Origin: an uncultured Clavibacter sp.
GTDB taxonomy: Bacteria > Actinomycetota > Actinomycetes > Nanopelagicales > Nanopelagicaceae
NCBI GenBank assembly: GCA_964654425.1
Contig: CAZZIN010000003.1
Coordinates: 1,812-65,811 of the forward strand
DNA: 64,000 nt
Direction of reading: 5' to 3'
The translations under genes and the position numbers were made by a program. Positions 28,553-37,184 of the stretch are shown one piece after another. The notes beneath the pieces are model-generated. The model was not told where the DNA came from and searched no databases. It saw nothing but the letters and a program-made list of their open reading frames with translations. The stretch's first letter is position 1. Every line of letters begins with the position of its first letter.

Positions 28553-29590
28553 ATGCAGAAGAAAACTCTTCGCAGGCTCGGTGCTTCAATTTTCGCAAGC
28601 GCAGTAGCGCTATCGGGATTGATGGCGATTGCTCCTGCTCAAGCAGCAACCAAGACAATTGGTATTGCTTATAGCTTGGGTGGACGCGATGTTCCGGGCT
28701 TCAACCAACTTGCCTATATCGGCGTCAAGCCAATATTGGATAAGAACAAGGCTCTAAAGCTGATCGAATCACAGGACAATCCAACCGCTACTGACGACCA
28801 GCGCGCAGAGCGTCTTCGCTTGATGGCGAAGCGCGGTGCGAATCCAATCGTTGTAGTTGGATTTACCTATGCTTCAGCGCTTGCAAAGGTCTCAAAGGAA
28901 TTCCCTAAAGTTCAATGGGGAATCGTGGATGACTCAAGCGTCCAGGCACCAAACGTTCAAGGCATCGTCTTCAAGGAAGAAGAAGGCTCATACCTTGTAG
29001 GTCTTGCTGCTGCTATGACCACAAAGACCGGACGTATCGGATTCATTGGTGGCGTAAATACTCCGCTCATCAAGAAGTTCGAAGCTGGATACATTGCTGG
29101 CGCAAAGGCAATCAATCCAAAGATCAAAGTCCAATCCACATACATCTCTAACTTCCCAGATTTCTCTGGCTTCAATGATCCTGCAAAGGGTTACGAAGCA
29201 GCGAAGGGTATGTACCAGAATGGCGCAGACGTCGTCTACGCCGCTGCTGGTGGAACTGGAACTGGTATGCACAAGGCTGCTTCAGAGTTGAAGAAGTGGT
29301 CAATCGGTGTTGATGCTGATGAGGCTCTCTTCCCAGCACACGCTGCATACAAGTCAACAATTCTTACTTCGATGTTGAAGCGAGTCGACCTTGGCGTTCG
29401 CGCCTTCGTAAATGACTCACTTGCTGGCAAGAAGACTGCAGGAATTCGTACCTGGGGCTTCAAGCAAGGTGGCGTTGGTTATACGACAACAGGTGGATAT
29501 CTCAAAGATATTACTGCTGTTATCGATAACTACGGCTCAGATATCGCTAGTGGCGAGGTAGTAGTACCAACCGATCCAACTAAGGCATAA
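28553..29590 (+). CDS. BMP-family (PnrA/Med-like) nucleoside ABC transporter substrate-binding protein
   Basis: Signal peptide ending AIAPAQA, GFIGG and VDAD-type BMP motifs, strong SD AAGGAG. Confidence 0.9.
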   Translation: MQKKTLRRLGASIFASAVALSGLMAIAPAQAATKTIGIAYSLGGRDVPGFNQLAYIGVKPILDKNKALKLIESQDNPTATDDQRAERLRLMAKRGANPIVVVGFTYASALAKVSKEFPKVQWGIVDDSSVQAPNVQGIVFKEEEGSYLVGLAAAMTTKTGRIGFIGGVNTPLIKKFEAGYIAGAKAINPKIKVQSTYISNFPDFSGFNDPAKGYEAAKGMYQNGADVVYAAAGGTGTGMHKAASELKKWSIGVDADEALFPAHAAYKSTILTSMLKRVDLGVRAFVNDSLAGKKTAGIRTWGFKQGGVGYTTTGGYLKDITAVIDNYGSDIASGEVVVPTDPTKA

Positions 29591-29610
29591 AGTAAGAGAA
29601 TGAAGTAAGC

Positions 29611-29641
29611 GAAGCGCGCCATGCTCAACATGGCGCGCTTC
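29611..29641 (+). promoter_or_regulatory. perfect 13-bp stem-loop between the SBP and ATPase genes (mRNA stabiliser or partial terminator)
   Basis: GAAGCGCGCCATG-ctcaa-CATGGCGCGCTTC, read directly. No U tract follows. Confidence 0.5.
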
Positions 29642-29669
29642 GTCTCATATTCGGCGTGAGTACAGGAGC

Positions 29670-31187
29670 GTGATGGATAACGTCCTTGAAGTCGTTGGTA
29701 TCGAGAAGAAATACCCAGGCGTCGTAGCAAATCGTGATGTCTCTTTAAAGGTAAAAACGGGTTCGATCCACGCGATTATTGGCGAAAACGGCGCTGGAAA
29801 ATCTACCTTGATGAAGATCCTCTACGGACTCATCCGCCCAGATTCCGGAAATATAAAGGCTTTTGGCAAAGATGTAACACTTAAGTCTCCCCAAGACGCA
29901 ATCGCGCTCGGGATTGGTATGGTCCATCAACATTTTAAGTTAGCCGACAATGCGACAGTCCTTGAAAATGTGATTCTTGGAAGTGAGCCCACTCGCATGG
30001 GCTTCATAATCAACTTCGATCAAGCTCGCAAAAAGTTAGTTGCGATTGCTGAGCATTATGGTCTTGATATCGACCCCGATGAATCCCTTGCGAATCTCGG
30101 CGTGGGCGAACGCCAGAGAGTTGAGATTGCCAAAGTCCTCTTTCGGGGAGCAAAAATCCTGATTCTCGATGAGCCAACTGCCGTTTTGGTTCCACAAGAA
30201 GTAGACGAACTCTTCACAAATCTTCGAGAACTCGTCAAGAAAGGACTCACAGTCCTTTTCATCTCTCATAAACTCGATGAAGTTCTTTCCATCGCAGATG
30301 AAATAACAATCATGCGGCAAGGAACGACCGTCGCTTCTCGCACACCTAAGAGCACTAACAAGGTTGAGTTGGCCGAGTTAATGGTCGGTGGAGAATTGCC
30401 TAAGCCAAGAGCTGGTGTAACTAAGTCAACGGTCGAGAGTTTGATTTCAATTAAGGGCGCTTCATATGTACGGCAAGATGGCCGACAGATTCTCAACAAT
30501 TTAAGCCTGGAACTGAAGGGCGCAGAGATTCTTGGGCTAGCTGGAGTTGAAGGTAATGGCCAAAGTGAATTAATTGAGCTGATTATGGGGCTGGTTAAAC
30601 CAAGCAGCGGCAGCGTTGAAATTCTTGGACTTGATGCAACTAAGACTCCAACCAAAGAAATAAGAAACGCCGGCGTCGCGTATATCCCCCAGGATCGACA
30701 ACGAGATGGCTTATTGATGTCAGCTCCACTTTGGGAGAATCGAGTTCTTGGTCACCAGTTCGCCTCACCAATGGCAACCAATATCTGGGTAAATAAGGGT
30801 GAAGCAATCTTGGACTCGAAACGAGTTGTAGATGAATTTGATGTACGAACTCCTGGAATAAATGTGCTTGCGAGCGCACTTTCGGGGGGAAACCAGCAGA
30901 AGTTCATCGTTGGGCGAGAATTAAGTGGAAACCCGAAAGTAATAGTTGCCGCCCAGCCAACTCGCGGAGTGGATGTGGGAGCACAAGCAATCATTTGGGA
31001 TCACCTAATGAAGGCTCGGACCGCGGGTGCTGGCATCCTGCTGATTTCGGCCGACCTTGATGAACTCTTCTCGCTATCGGACCGAATAGCAGTCATCTAC
31101 AACGGGGCAATTGTCTCGACTCTAAATCCAAATAAGACCACTCCAGAACAGCTAGGACTAGCTATGACAGGGGTGAAGAGCGCATGA
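29670..31187 (+). CDS. ABC transporter ATP-binding protein with duplicated NBD (nucleoside/sugar CUT2 type)
   Basis: Two Walker A / signature sets (GENGAGKST, LGVGERQR, ... LSGGNQQK), 505 aa. Confidence 0.9.
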   Translation: MMDNVLEVVGIEKKYPGVVANRDVSLKVKTGSIHAIIGENGAGKSTLMKILYGLIRPDSGNIKAFGKDVTLKSPQDAIALGIGMVHQHFKLADNATVLENVILGSEPTRMGFIINFDQARKKLVAIAEHYGLDIDPDESLANLGVGERQRVEIAKVLFRGAKILILDEPTAVLVPQEVDELFTNLRELVKKGLTVLFISHKLDEVLSIADEITIMRQGTTVASRTPKSTNKVELAELMVGGELPKPRAGVTKSTVESLISIKGASYVRQDGRQILNNLSLELKGAEILGLAGVEGNGQSELIELIMGLVKPSSGSVEILGLDATKTPTKEIRNAGVAYIPQDRQRDGLLMSAPLWENRVLGHQFASPMATNIWVNKGEAILDSKRVVDEFDVRTPGINVLASALSGGNQQKFIVGRELSGNPKVIVAAQPTRGVDVGAQAIIWDHLMKARTAGAGILLISADLDELFSLSDRIAVIYNGAIVSTLNPNKTTPEQLGLAMTGVKSA

Positions 31188-32269
31188 TGAAGAGCAAGAT
31201 CTTCTGGGGGATCGTCGCCCCAGTAGCTGCCATCCTCAACTCACTCCTATTTGTCTACATAATCCTCAAGATTCGTGGCGTCGATCCTTTATCTATGTTC
31301 AGTCTGATGATCTCTTATGGATTTGATCCAAGAAATCTTGTCTCAGAGCTAAATCAGACCGTGGCTTATTACATGGCCGGAGTAGCAGCTGCAATCGGTT
31401 TTAAGATGTTGCTATTCAATATTGGTATTGATGGCCAATACCGCATGGGTGCATTCTTTGGAGCGGTAGTTGGTGGAGCGATTGCGCTGCCTCCAGTTCT
31501 GCACGTCCTAGTGATAGTTATTACCGCCATGATTGCCGGCGGACTTTGGGCTGCAATTGCTGGTTACTTGAAAGTCCGTCGCGGGGTAAATGAAGTCATA
31601 AGCAACATCATGCTTAATTTCATCGCTGCGGCAATAATCTCTTATCTCATAACGCCTTCTATGTTAGGAACGCTTCCCGAAGGCTCTCAAAACGCACAGA
31701 CTTTCCCAATTCCGGCAAGTGGTCAGATGCCGACGATCAAAGCATTTGATGGCGAGATCTACACATTCCTTTTCGTGGCAATATTTGTAGGAATTGCATA
31801 TTGGGTAATGCTCAACAAAACAGTATTTGGCTTCAACTTAAAAGCGACTGGACTCTCCTTCAGAGCTGCTCGGGCAAGTGGAGTTAACGCGCCACGAATG
31901 ATCTTCGTAACGACCGTTCTTTCGGGAGCAATAGCTGGCCTTGTAGGTATGGGAACTCTGCTCTCCGATACTCACAACTTCAGTATGGCCTTCCCCTCTG
32001 GTTACGCATTCACAGGTTTGGCCCTCGCACTCTTGGGGCGCAATCATCCAATCGGAATCTTCTTTGCTGCGTTCTTATGGTCCTTCCTAGAGCGTTCCGC
32101 CCCCGTACTTGAATTCGAAGGAGTCCCGCCCGAGATTGTGATTGTTATGCAGGGAACAATCGTTCTTTCAATCGTGATCGCCTATGAAGTTGTCGCTCGA
32201 ATTAACTTGAGGCAACAGCAACGCGCAGTCGGAAACGTGAGCGCCGATGTGAAGGAGAGCAAGTCATGA
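31184..32269 (+). CDS. ABC transporter permease (BMP/nucleoside system)
   Basis: Polytopic membrane protein. ATGA overlap with the ATPase gene. Confidence 0.85.
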   Translation: MMKSKIFWGIVAPVAAILNSLLFVYIILKIRGVDPLSMFSLMISYGFDPRNLVSELNQTVAYYMAGVAAAIGFKMLLFNIGIDGQYRMGAFFGAVVGGAIALPPVLHVLVIVITAMIAGGLWAAIAGYLKVRRGVNEVISNIMLNFIAAAIISYLITPSMLGTLPEGSQNAQTFPIPASGQMPTIKAFDGEIYTFLFVAIFVGIAYWVMLNKTVFGFNLKATGLSFRAARASGVNAPRMIFVTTVLSGAIAGLVGMGTLLSDTHNFSMAFPSGYAFTGLALALLGRNHPIGIFFAAFLWSFLERSAPVLEFEGVPPEIVIVMQGTIVLSIVIAYEVVARINLRQQQRAVGNVSADVKESKS

Positions 32270-33513
32270 GTGGCAAGACCTCTTCTTCGATAAAGTCCGA
32301 AAAAGCAAAGTCTTTCTTTAAATCTCCAGCACGGATAACTATTTTGATAGCAATCGTTTTCTTCATAATTTCAATGGTCGAGAGCATCACGGGCTCGATT
32401 GATATTTCATCACCCGGTACATCAGGAGCAACGCTTCGATTCGCAATTCCGCTTTTAATGGCAGGACTTGGGGGGCTTTGGGCCGAGCGTGTTGGAGTTA
32501 TAAATATCGGTCTTGAGGGAATGATGATTGTCGGCACATGGACTGCTGCTTGGTTTGGTTACTTACATGGTCCTTGGGTGGGATTGTTGGCAGCTGCCAT
32601 ATTTGGTCTACTTTCTGGGTTATTCCATGCAATCTTGACGGTAAAGATCGGTATCGATCAAGCAGTTAGTGGCCTTGCCATTAATCTGATTGCGGCGGGT
32701 GCGGCGCGCTATCTCTCCGGAATCTTCTTCCCAGCAGTCGGCGGCGATAGAACTGTCTCTCCCCCAGTCGAGACACTTCCTTCTTTCACAGTCCCGATTG
32801 TTGCGCCGTTCTTCCAGAGTATCGATGAGAAAAATATCTTCTTAGTCTCCAATATTTCTGGATTGATCTATGGGCTCACATCAGATCTATCGGTAGTGAC
32901 TGTTGGACTTCTGCTATTCGTACCATTGACGTCATGGATCTTGTGGCGAAGTAAATTCGGATTACGTATGCGTTTTTCAGGTGAGAATCCAATGGCCGCA
33001 GAGTCACTTGGCATCAACGTCTATATGACGCGCTACATTGCAATATCTGTTTCGGGAATGCTTGCCTCACTCGGTGGTGCATATCTAGCGCTGGTAGCTT
33101 CATCGGTCTATCGAGAAGGCCAAACCGCAGGACGCGGTTTTATTGGTCTAGCTACCGTCATCTTCGGAAATTGGCGACCAAGTGGAGTCTTTGCTGGATC
33201 TATTCTCTTTGGATTCACAGATGCGCTTCGAGTTCGCCAGAGTGATTCAGTGATGGCGATGATCATGGCAGCTGGAATTCTCGCTGGGCTATTAAGCCTT
33301 TATTACGCCTTCTCTCGTAAATGGAAGCCATGCGCGGTATCGGGTGGACTTGCTCTCTTTGCACTCTGGATGAACTTAAGAGTCACCAATATTCCGCAAG
33401 AATTCATAACAGCTTTCCCAAATCTTGCTACCTTGATTGTTCTTACCTTCCTCGCGCAACGGCTTACTCCGCCAGCCATGGCGGGCATGCCGTATCGACG
33501 AGGGTCTGAGTAG
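32266..33513 (+). CDS. ABC transporter permease (BMP/nucleoside system), second subunit
   Basis: Polytopic membrane protein. ATGA overlap with the preceding permease. Confidence 0.85.
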   Translation: MSGKTSSSIKSEKAKSFFKSPARITILIAIVFFIISMVESITGSIDISSPGTSGATLRFAIPLLMAGLGGLWAERVGVINIGLEGMMIVGTWTAAWFGYLHGPWVGLLAAAIFGLLSGLFHAILTVKIGIDQAVSGLAINLIAAGAARYLSGIFFPAVGGDRTVSPPVETLPSFTVPIVAPFFQSIDEKNIFLVSNISGLIYGLTSDLSVVTVGLLLFVPLTSWILWRSKFGLRMRFSGENPMAAESLGINVYMTRYIAISVSGMLASLGGAYLALVASSVYREGQTAGRGFIGLATVIFGNWRPSGVFAGSILFGFTDALRVRQSDSVMAMIMAAGILAGLLSLYYAFSRKWKPCAVSGGLALFALWMNLRVTNIPQEFITAFPNLATLIVLTFLAQRLTPPAMAGMPYRRGSE

Positions 33514-33525
33514 TTTTTTAATCTC

Positions 33526-34518
33526 TTGAACTCCGTCCGCTGGAACTCTCCCGTGCTCTCGAGCCTGAGGCCGGTAATTGAGCAATCTACTTTGGTTCGA
33601 ATCAACAAAGAGCAATTGATTCAAGTAGCAAATTGGATGGCTTACGAGGAGTTTGCCAAACCCGATGGCTCTATGCTCTTTGACTTTGGAGATGATCCAG
33701 ATCAATTGATGGACTTCACGATGGTTGTTAATACTATGAACTTCGCTTTTACCGACTTCAAAACCGGTATCAAATTTGAAACGGATTACCTAGGTCGAAG
33801 ATGGTGCGACAGCGAGGCGATGCTTGCCTGCATTCATCGCGCAATAAATGCTGAGACACCGCTATTTAATGGTGATTATCTTGCAAACCTGACAGAAGAG
33901 GAATTTGCCCGAGTATTCAAGGGCACCATCGAGATGCCCATGATTTCGGAGCGCGTGAAGATATTCAACGAGGTTGGTAAAGTGCTTGTAGAAAAGTACA
34001 ACGGCAGTTATCACAATTTTGTGAAATCCTGTCCACCCCGTCTCTATTCAAACGGCGAAGGTCTGCTCGAGCGTCTAGTGATCGAATTCCCACGCTTTCA
34101 AGATGTCAGCCAATACAAGGGCTCCTCAATTCAAATCTACAAGCTCGCTCAGCTTGGAATTTGGGGTATGCATTTGACTCTCTCACCACGGGGGCATTGG
34201 AAGTTAGAAGATGCCAGTGATCTAACTGCATTTGCCGATTACATCGTTCCAGTGGGACTCCGAGTGATGGGAATCTTCGAATACGCTCCGGAATTAGAGG
34301 AAAGGATAAATGCCCTCGAAGAGATAAAGCGGGATAGCGAGGCGGAGATTGAATTGAGAGCCAGCTCAATTCATGCGATTGCGCTTCTTACAGAAGAGAT
34401 AAATAAACGCCGACCAGGCCTTGAGCCGCTCTTAATGCCTCAAGTAGATTTCAGATTTTGGAAGAGTTATCACGCTACCCATTGGCCTCACCATTTAACG
34501 CGAACCATCATGTACTAG
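33526..34518 (+). CDS. queuosine-salvage family protein (DUF2419 / Qng1-like nucleotide N-glycosylase)
   Basis: Colinear similarity to eukaryotic QNG1 recalled from memory: [51 protein letters not shown] and C-terminal [9 protein letters not shown]. TTG start 13 nt after the permease stop; the exact start is uncertain. Confidence 0.8.
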   Translation: [330 protein letters not shown]

Positions 34519-34972
34519 AAACAGAAAGCTCCGAACGCCACTTTCTCAAAGTAGGTAGCGCTTTTTCAAAAGTATCGACTACTTCGCCCACATCTTCAAC
34601 GCAACCCCTTACAAAGAGATTAATCCCTTTACCATCGATCATGTTGCGATCTCGGATCACTCGAGTATCCGTTACTAATCCAATGATTCCTTTCTTGGTT
34701 GAGTCGGTTTGCATCGCAGCCCAGAAGATTCCAATCTCAGAGGCAGTTCCATCATCAACCATCGGACCATCGAGAAGCGCCAATACGGCATTAGCACGCA
34801 ATACTTCTTTTGAATCAACATCAAATATAAATCTTGCTGTGACTGGATTTGGAAGCTCGATTTCGTGTGGAACAAAGACTTCAAAGCCTTCAGCTCTCAG
34901 CTTTGCAGCGCACGTATCGATAAAACTTCTTTCGTATGGAGTGAAGAGTGGTCCCGCAAAATAAATCCGCAT
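34508..34972 (-). CDS. nucleoside 2-deoxyribosyltransferase family protein (NDT / nucleotide N-glycosidase-like)
   Basis: MRIYFAGPLF N-terminus and DDGTASEIG (catalytic Glu context), 154 aa. SD AGGAG lies 9 nt upstream. Confidence 0.75.
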   Translation of the reverse strand: MRIYFAGPLFTPYERSFIDTCAAKLRAEGFEVFVPHEIELPNPVTARFIFDVDSKEVLRANAVLALLDGPMVDDGTASEIGIFWAAMQTDSTKKGIIGLVTDTRVIRDRNMIDGKGINLFVRGCVEDVGEVVDTFEKALPTLRKWRSELSVSST

Positions 34973-35020
34973 CTTGAGAAACTCCTAGTTTGTGTTGGAC
35001 GAGAGTATGCCTCTCAAGAT
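34971..35020 (-). promoter_or_regulatory. 9-bp perfect inverted repeat (ATCTTGAGA ... TCTCAAGAT, 32-nt spacer) covering the NDT start codon, with an alternative local hairpin at 35001-35015
   Basis: Read directly. The SD (34982-34986) lies in the loop, and the 3' arm includes the AU of the AUG. Confidence 0.35.
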
Positions 35021-35064
35021 AGGTTAAAGCAATCAACTTCTCCTTACTTTAGAAATGAGGCTAA

Positions 35065-36252
35065 TTGCTTGGGTCCTATCGGGAGGTAATTCGGCATAGT
35101 CACGCCGCACCGACCTTTGGATTCGGAATGATTGGCAGAATCCCAGTAGCGATGAATACTGTCGCGCTAGTCTTTTTAGTCTCATCTGTACGTGACTCCT
35201 TTCTTCTCGCCGGAATTGCATCATCTTTCTACACGCTTTCCGGAGCGATAGCTGGACCTCGAATCGGCAAACTTGCCGATCGCCACGGCACAAGAGTCGT
35301 TTTAATTCCCATCTCGGTCATAAATGCATTATCAATTCTTGCAATCCTTTTTTTCAGCGAGCGGTCTGTTCCGCTGCTACTACTTTTCTCAGCACTTGCG
35401 GGTGCAACCATGCCTGGATTTGGAAGTTACACACGTACCCGCTGGAGCCGAACAATTTCCGATAAGAAAGACCTTGACACCGCGCTCTCCCTTGAATCAG
35501 TCTTTGATGAAACTGCATTTGTAATAGGTCCCGCCCTGGCTGGCTTTCTCTTCTCACTTTATGGCTCTAATTCACCACTTCTCGCTGGCGTTGTTTTTAC
35601 TGTTATAGGAGCGCTCGGGCTTGCAATCACATCATTTGATCATGGTGGCCAAGGTCAACATGAAGAAGTGCATGGAGGTCTCCTGCGAATCCCCCAGATA
35701 AAGAGTCTGCTCGCTTCACTCGTTGCGATGGGGCTTCTCTTTGGCTCAAACTTTGTCGTAATACTCGCAGTCGCAAAAGAGTACGGCCGGGCAGCAGAAG
35801 GCGGATTGTGGGTCGGTCTCTATCCACTTGGCAGCATAGTTGCTGGCCTTCTCTATGGATTCATCCATTGGAAGTCGAGCAACGCCATTAGATACACGTT
35901 TGCACTCGGATTCATGACTTTAGCTACAAGCTCAATTTTGGTTTTCCAAGATATAGATACTCTTGTTTTTCTTCTTGTGCTGTCAGGAGTTGCAATTGCC
36001 CCAGCTCTAATCGCAGCAAATGCACTTATGAAAGAGTTAGTACCGCTACGAAGACTAACCGAGGCCTTTGCTCTTGTTGGCGCTGCCCTCTCAATTGGCA
36101 TAACACTTGGAAGCAGCCTTAGTGGGTTAATAGTTGACGAATTTGGCGGTTGGAGCGGTTTCTACTTCATGACTGGTGCCATGATCCTCGCTACTTTTCT
36201 CTCTATGCTATTAATCAAATCTGATGATGTAGGTGAAAGAATAGGCAGATGA
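35065..36252 (+). CDS. MFS transporter (TTG start preceded by a GAGG SD)
   Basis: About 12 TM segments, with a G-x-x-A-D-R-x-G-T-R loop (GPRIGKLADRHGTR) typical of MFS loop 2-3. Confidence 0.8.
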   Translation: MLGSYREVIRHSHAAPTFGFGMIGRIPVAMNTVALVFLVSSVRDSFLLAGIASSFYTLSGAIAGPRIGKLADRHGTRVVLIPISVINALSILAILFFSERSVPLLLLFSALAGATMPGFGSYTRTRWSRTISDKKDLDTALSLESVFDETAFVIGPALAGFLFSLYGSNSPLLAGVVFTVIGALGLAITSFDHGGQGQHEEVHGGLLRIPQIKSLLASLVAMGLLFGSNFVVILAVAKEYGRAAEGGLWVGLYPLGSIVAGLLYGFIHWKSSNAIRYTFALGFMTLATSSILVFQDIDTLVFLLVLSGVAIAPALIAANALMKELVPLRRLTEAFALVGAALSIGITLGSSLSGLIVDEFGGWSGFYFMTGAMILATFLSMLLIKSDDVGERIGR

Positions 36253-37184
36253 CCAGAAAAGTAATCTTCGATACCGACCCGGGGATTGATGATGCACTTG
36301 CTCTGCTCTTCCTCGCGGTCTCTCCTGAAATCGAATTGTTGGGAGTTACTGTCACGCATGGAAATACTTCGCAAGATAAGTGTCTTCGAAACGCTCTGAG
36401 TCTCGTCGAGCTAGCTGGTATCCCAAAGATTGATGTCTCCCAGGGAGCCTTTGAGCCTTTAGTAAAAGAGTTGTCTGTAGCTGAAGAGACTCATGGTGAT
36501 GGTGGACTTGGATACGCGGTTCTGCCTATTGCAAAGAAATTGCCAATCGATATTCCTGCATATGACTTCATCATCAGAGAAGTTGAGAAGTACCCGGGCG
36601 AGGTAACGGTTCTTGCCGTAGGCCCGATGACAAATGTCGCTCTTGCGCTCTTAAAACGCCCGGAAATCGCCCCAAAGATCCACTCAATAATCGCTATGGG
36701 CGGAGCGATTCACTATCCGGGTAATGCAACTCCGCAAGCAGAGTACAACGTCTTTTGTGATCCAGAAGCCTTCGATATCGTGCTCCGCTCAGGAATTGAT
36801 TTCACACTAGTTCCGTTAGATGTAACTTACAAATGTATTTTTACCAAAAGGCACATCGAAGCAATTAATAGAGCTCGCCCTGAAATCAAGGAATTCATAG
36901 CTGATTCCACTCGCTTCTACATGGAGTTCCATGTGAAGCATCAATCTATTGAGGGCTGTGCGATAAACGATCCGCTTGCGGCCGCGCTACTTATTGATCC
37001 ATCGCTAGTTAAGTATGAGGACTACTTTGTTCGAGTCGATCTAACGGGGCCGACTTCTAAGGCAAAGACGATTGCTGACTATTACGGAGCTTTGAAACAG
37101 AAGGCGAATGCACATGTCGCAATGGAGGTTGAGGTTGAACGCTTCATGAAATTATTTATCGAGCGAATGAATCGATTCCAGTAA
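36249..37184 (+). CDS. nucleoside hydrolase (IUNH family)
   Basis: VIFDTDPGIDDALAL aspartate cluster, 311 aa. ATGA overlap with the MFS gene. Confidence 0.9.
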   Translation: MTRKVIFDTDPGIDDALALLFLAVSPEIELLGVTVTHGNTSQDKCLRNALSLVELAGIPKIDVSQGAFEPLVKELSVAEETHGDGGLGYAVLPIAKKLPIDIPAYDFIIREVEKYPGEVTVLAVGPMTNVALALLKRPEIAPKIHSIIAMGGAIHYPGNATPQAEYNVFCDPEAFDIVLRSGIDFTLVPLDVTYKCIFTKRHIEAINRARPEIKEFIADSTRFYMEFHVKHQSIEGCAINDPLAAALLIDPSLVKYEDYFVRVDLTGPTSKAKTIADYYGALKQKANAHVAMEVEVERFMKLFIERMNRFQ

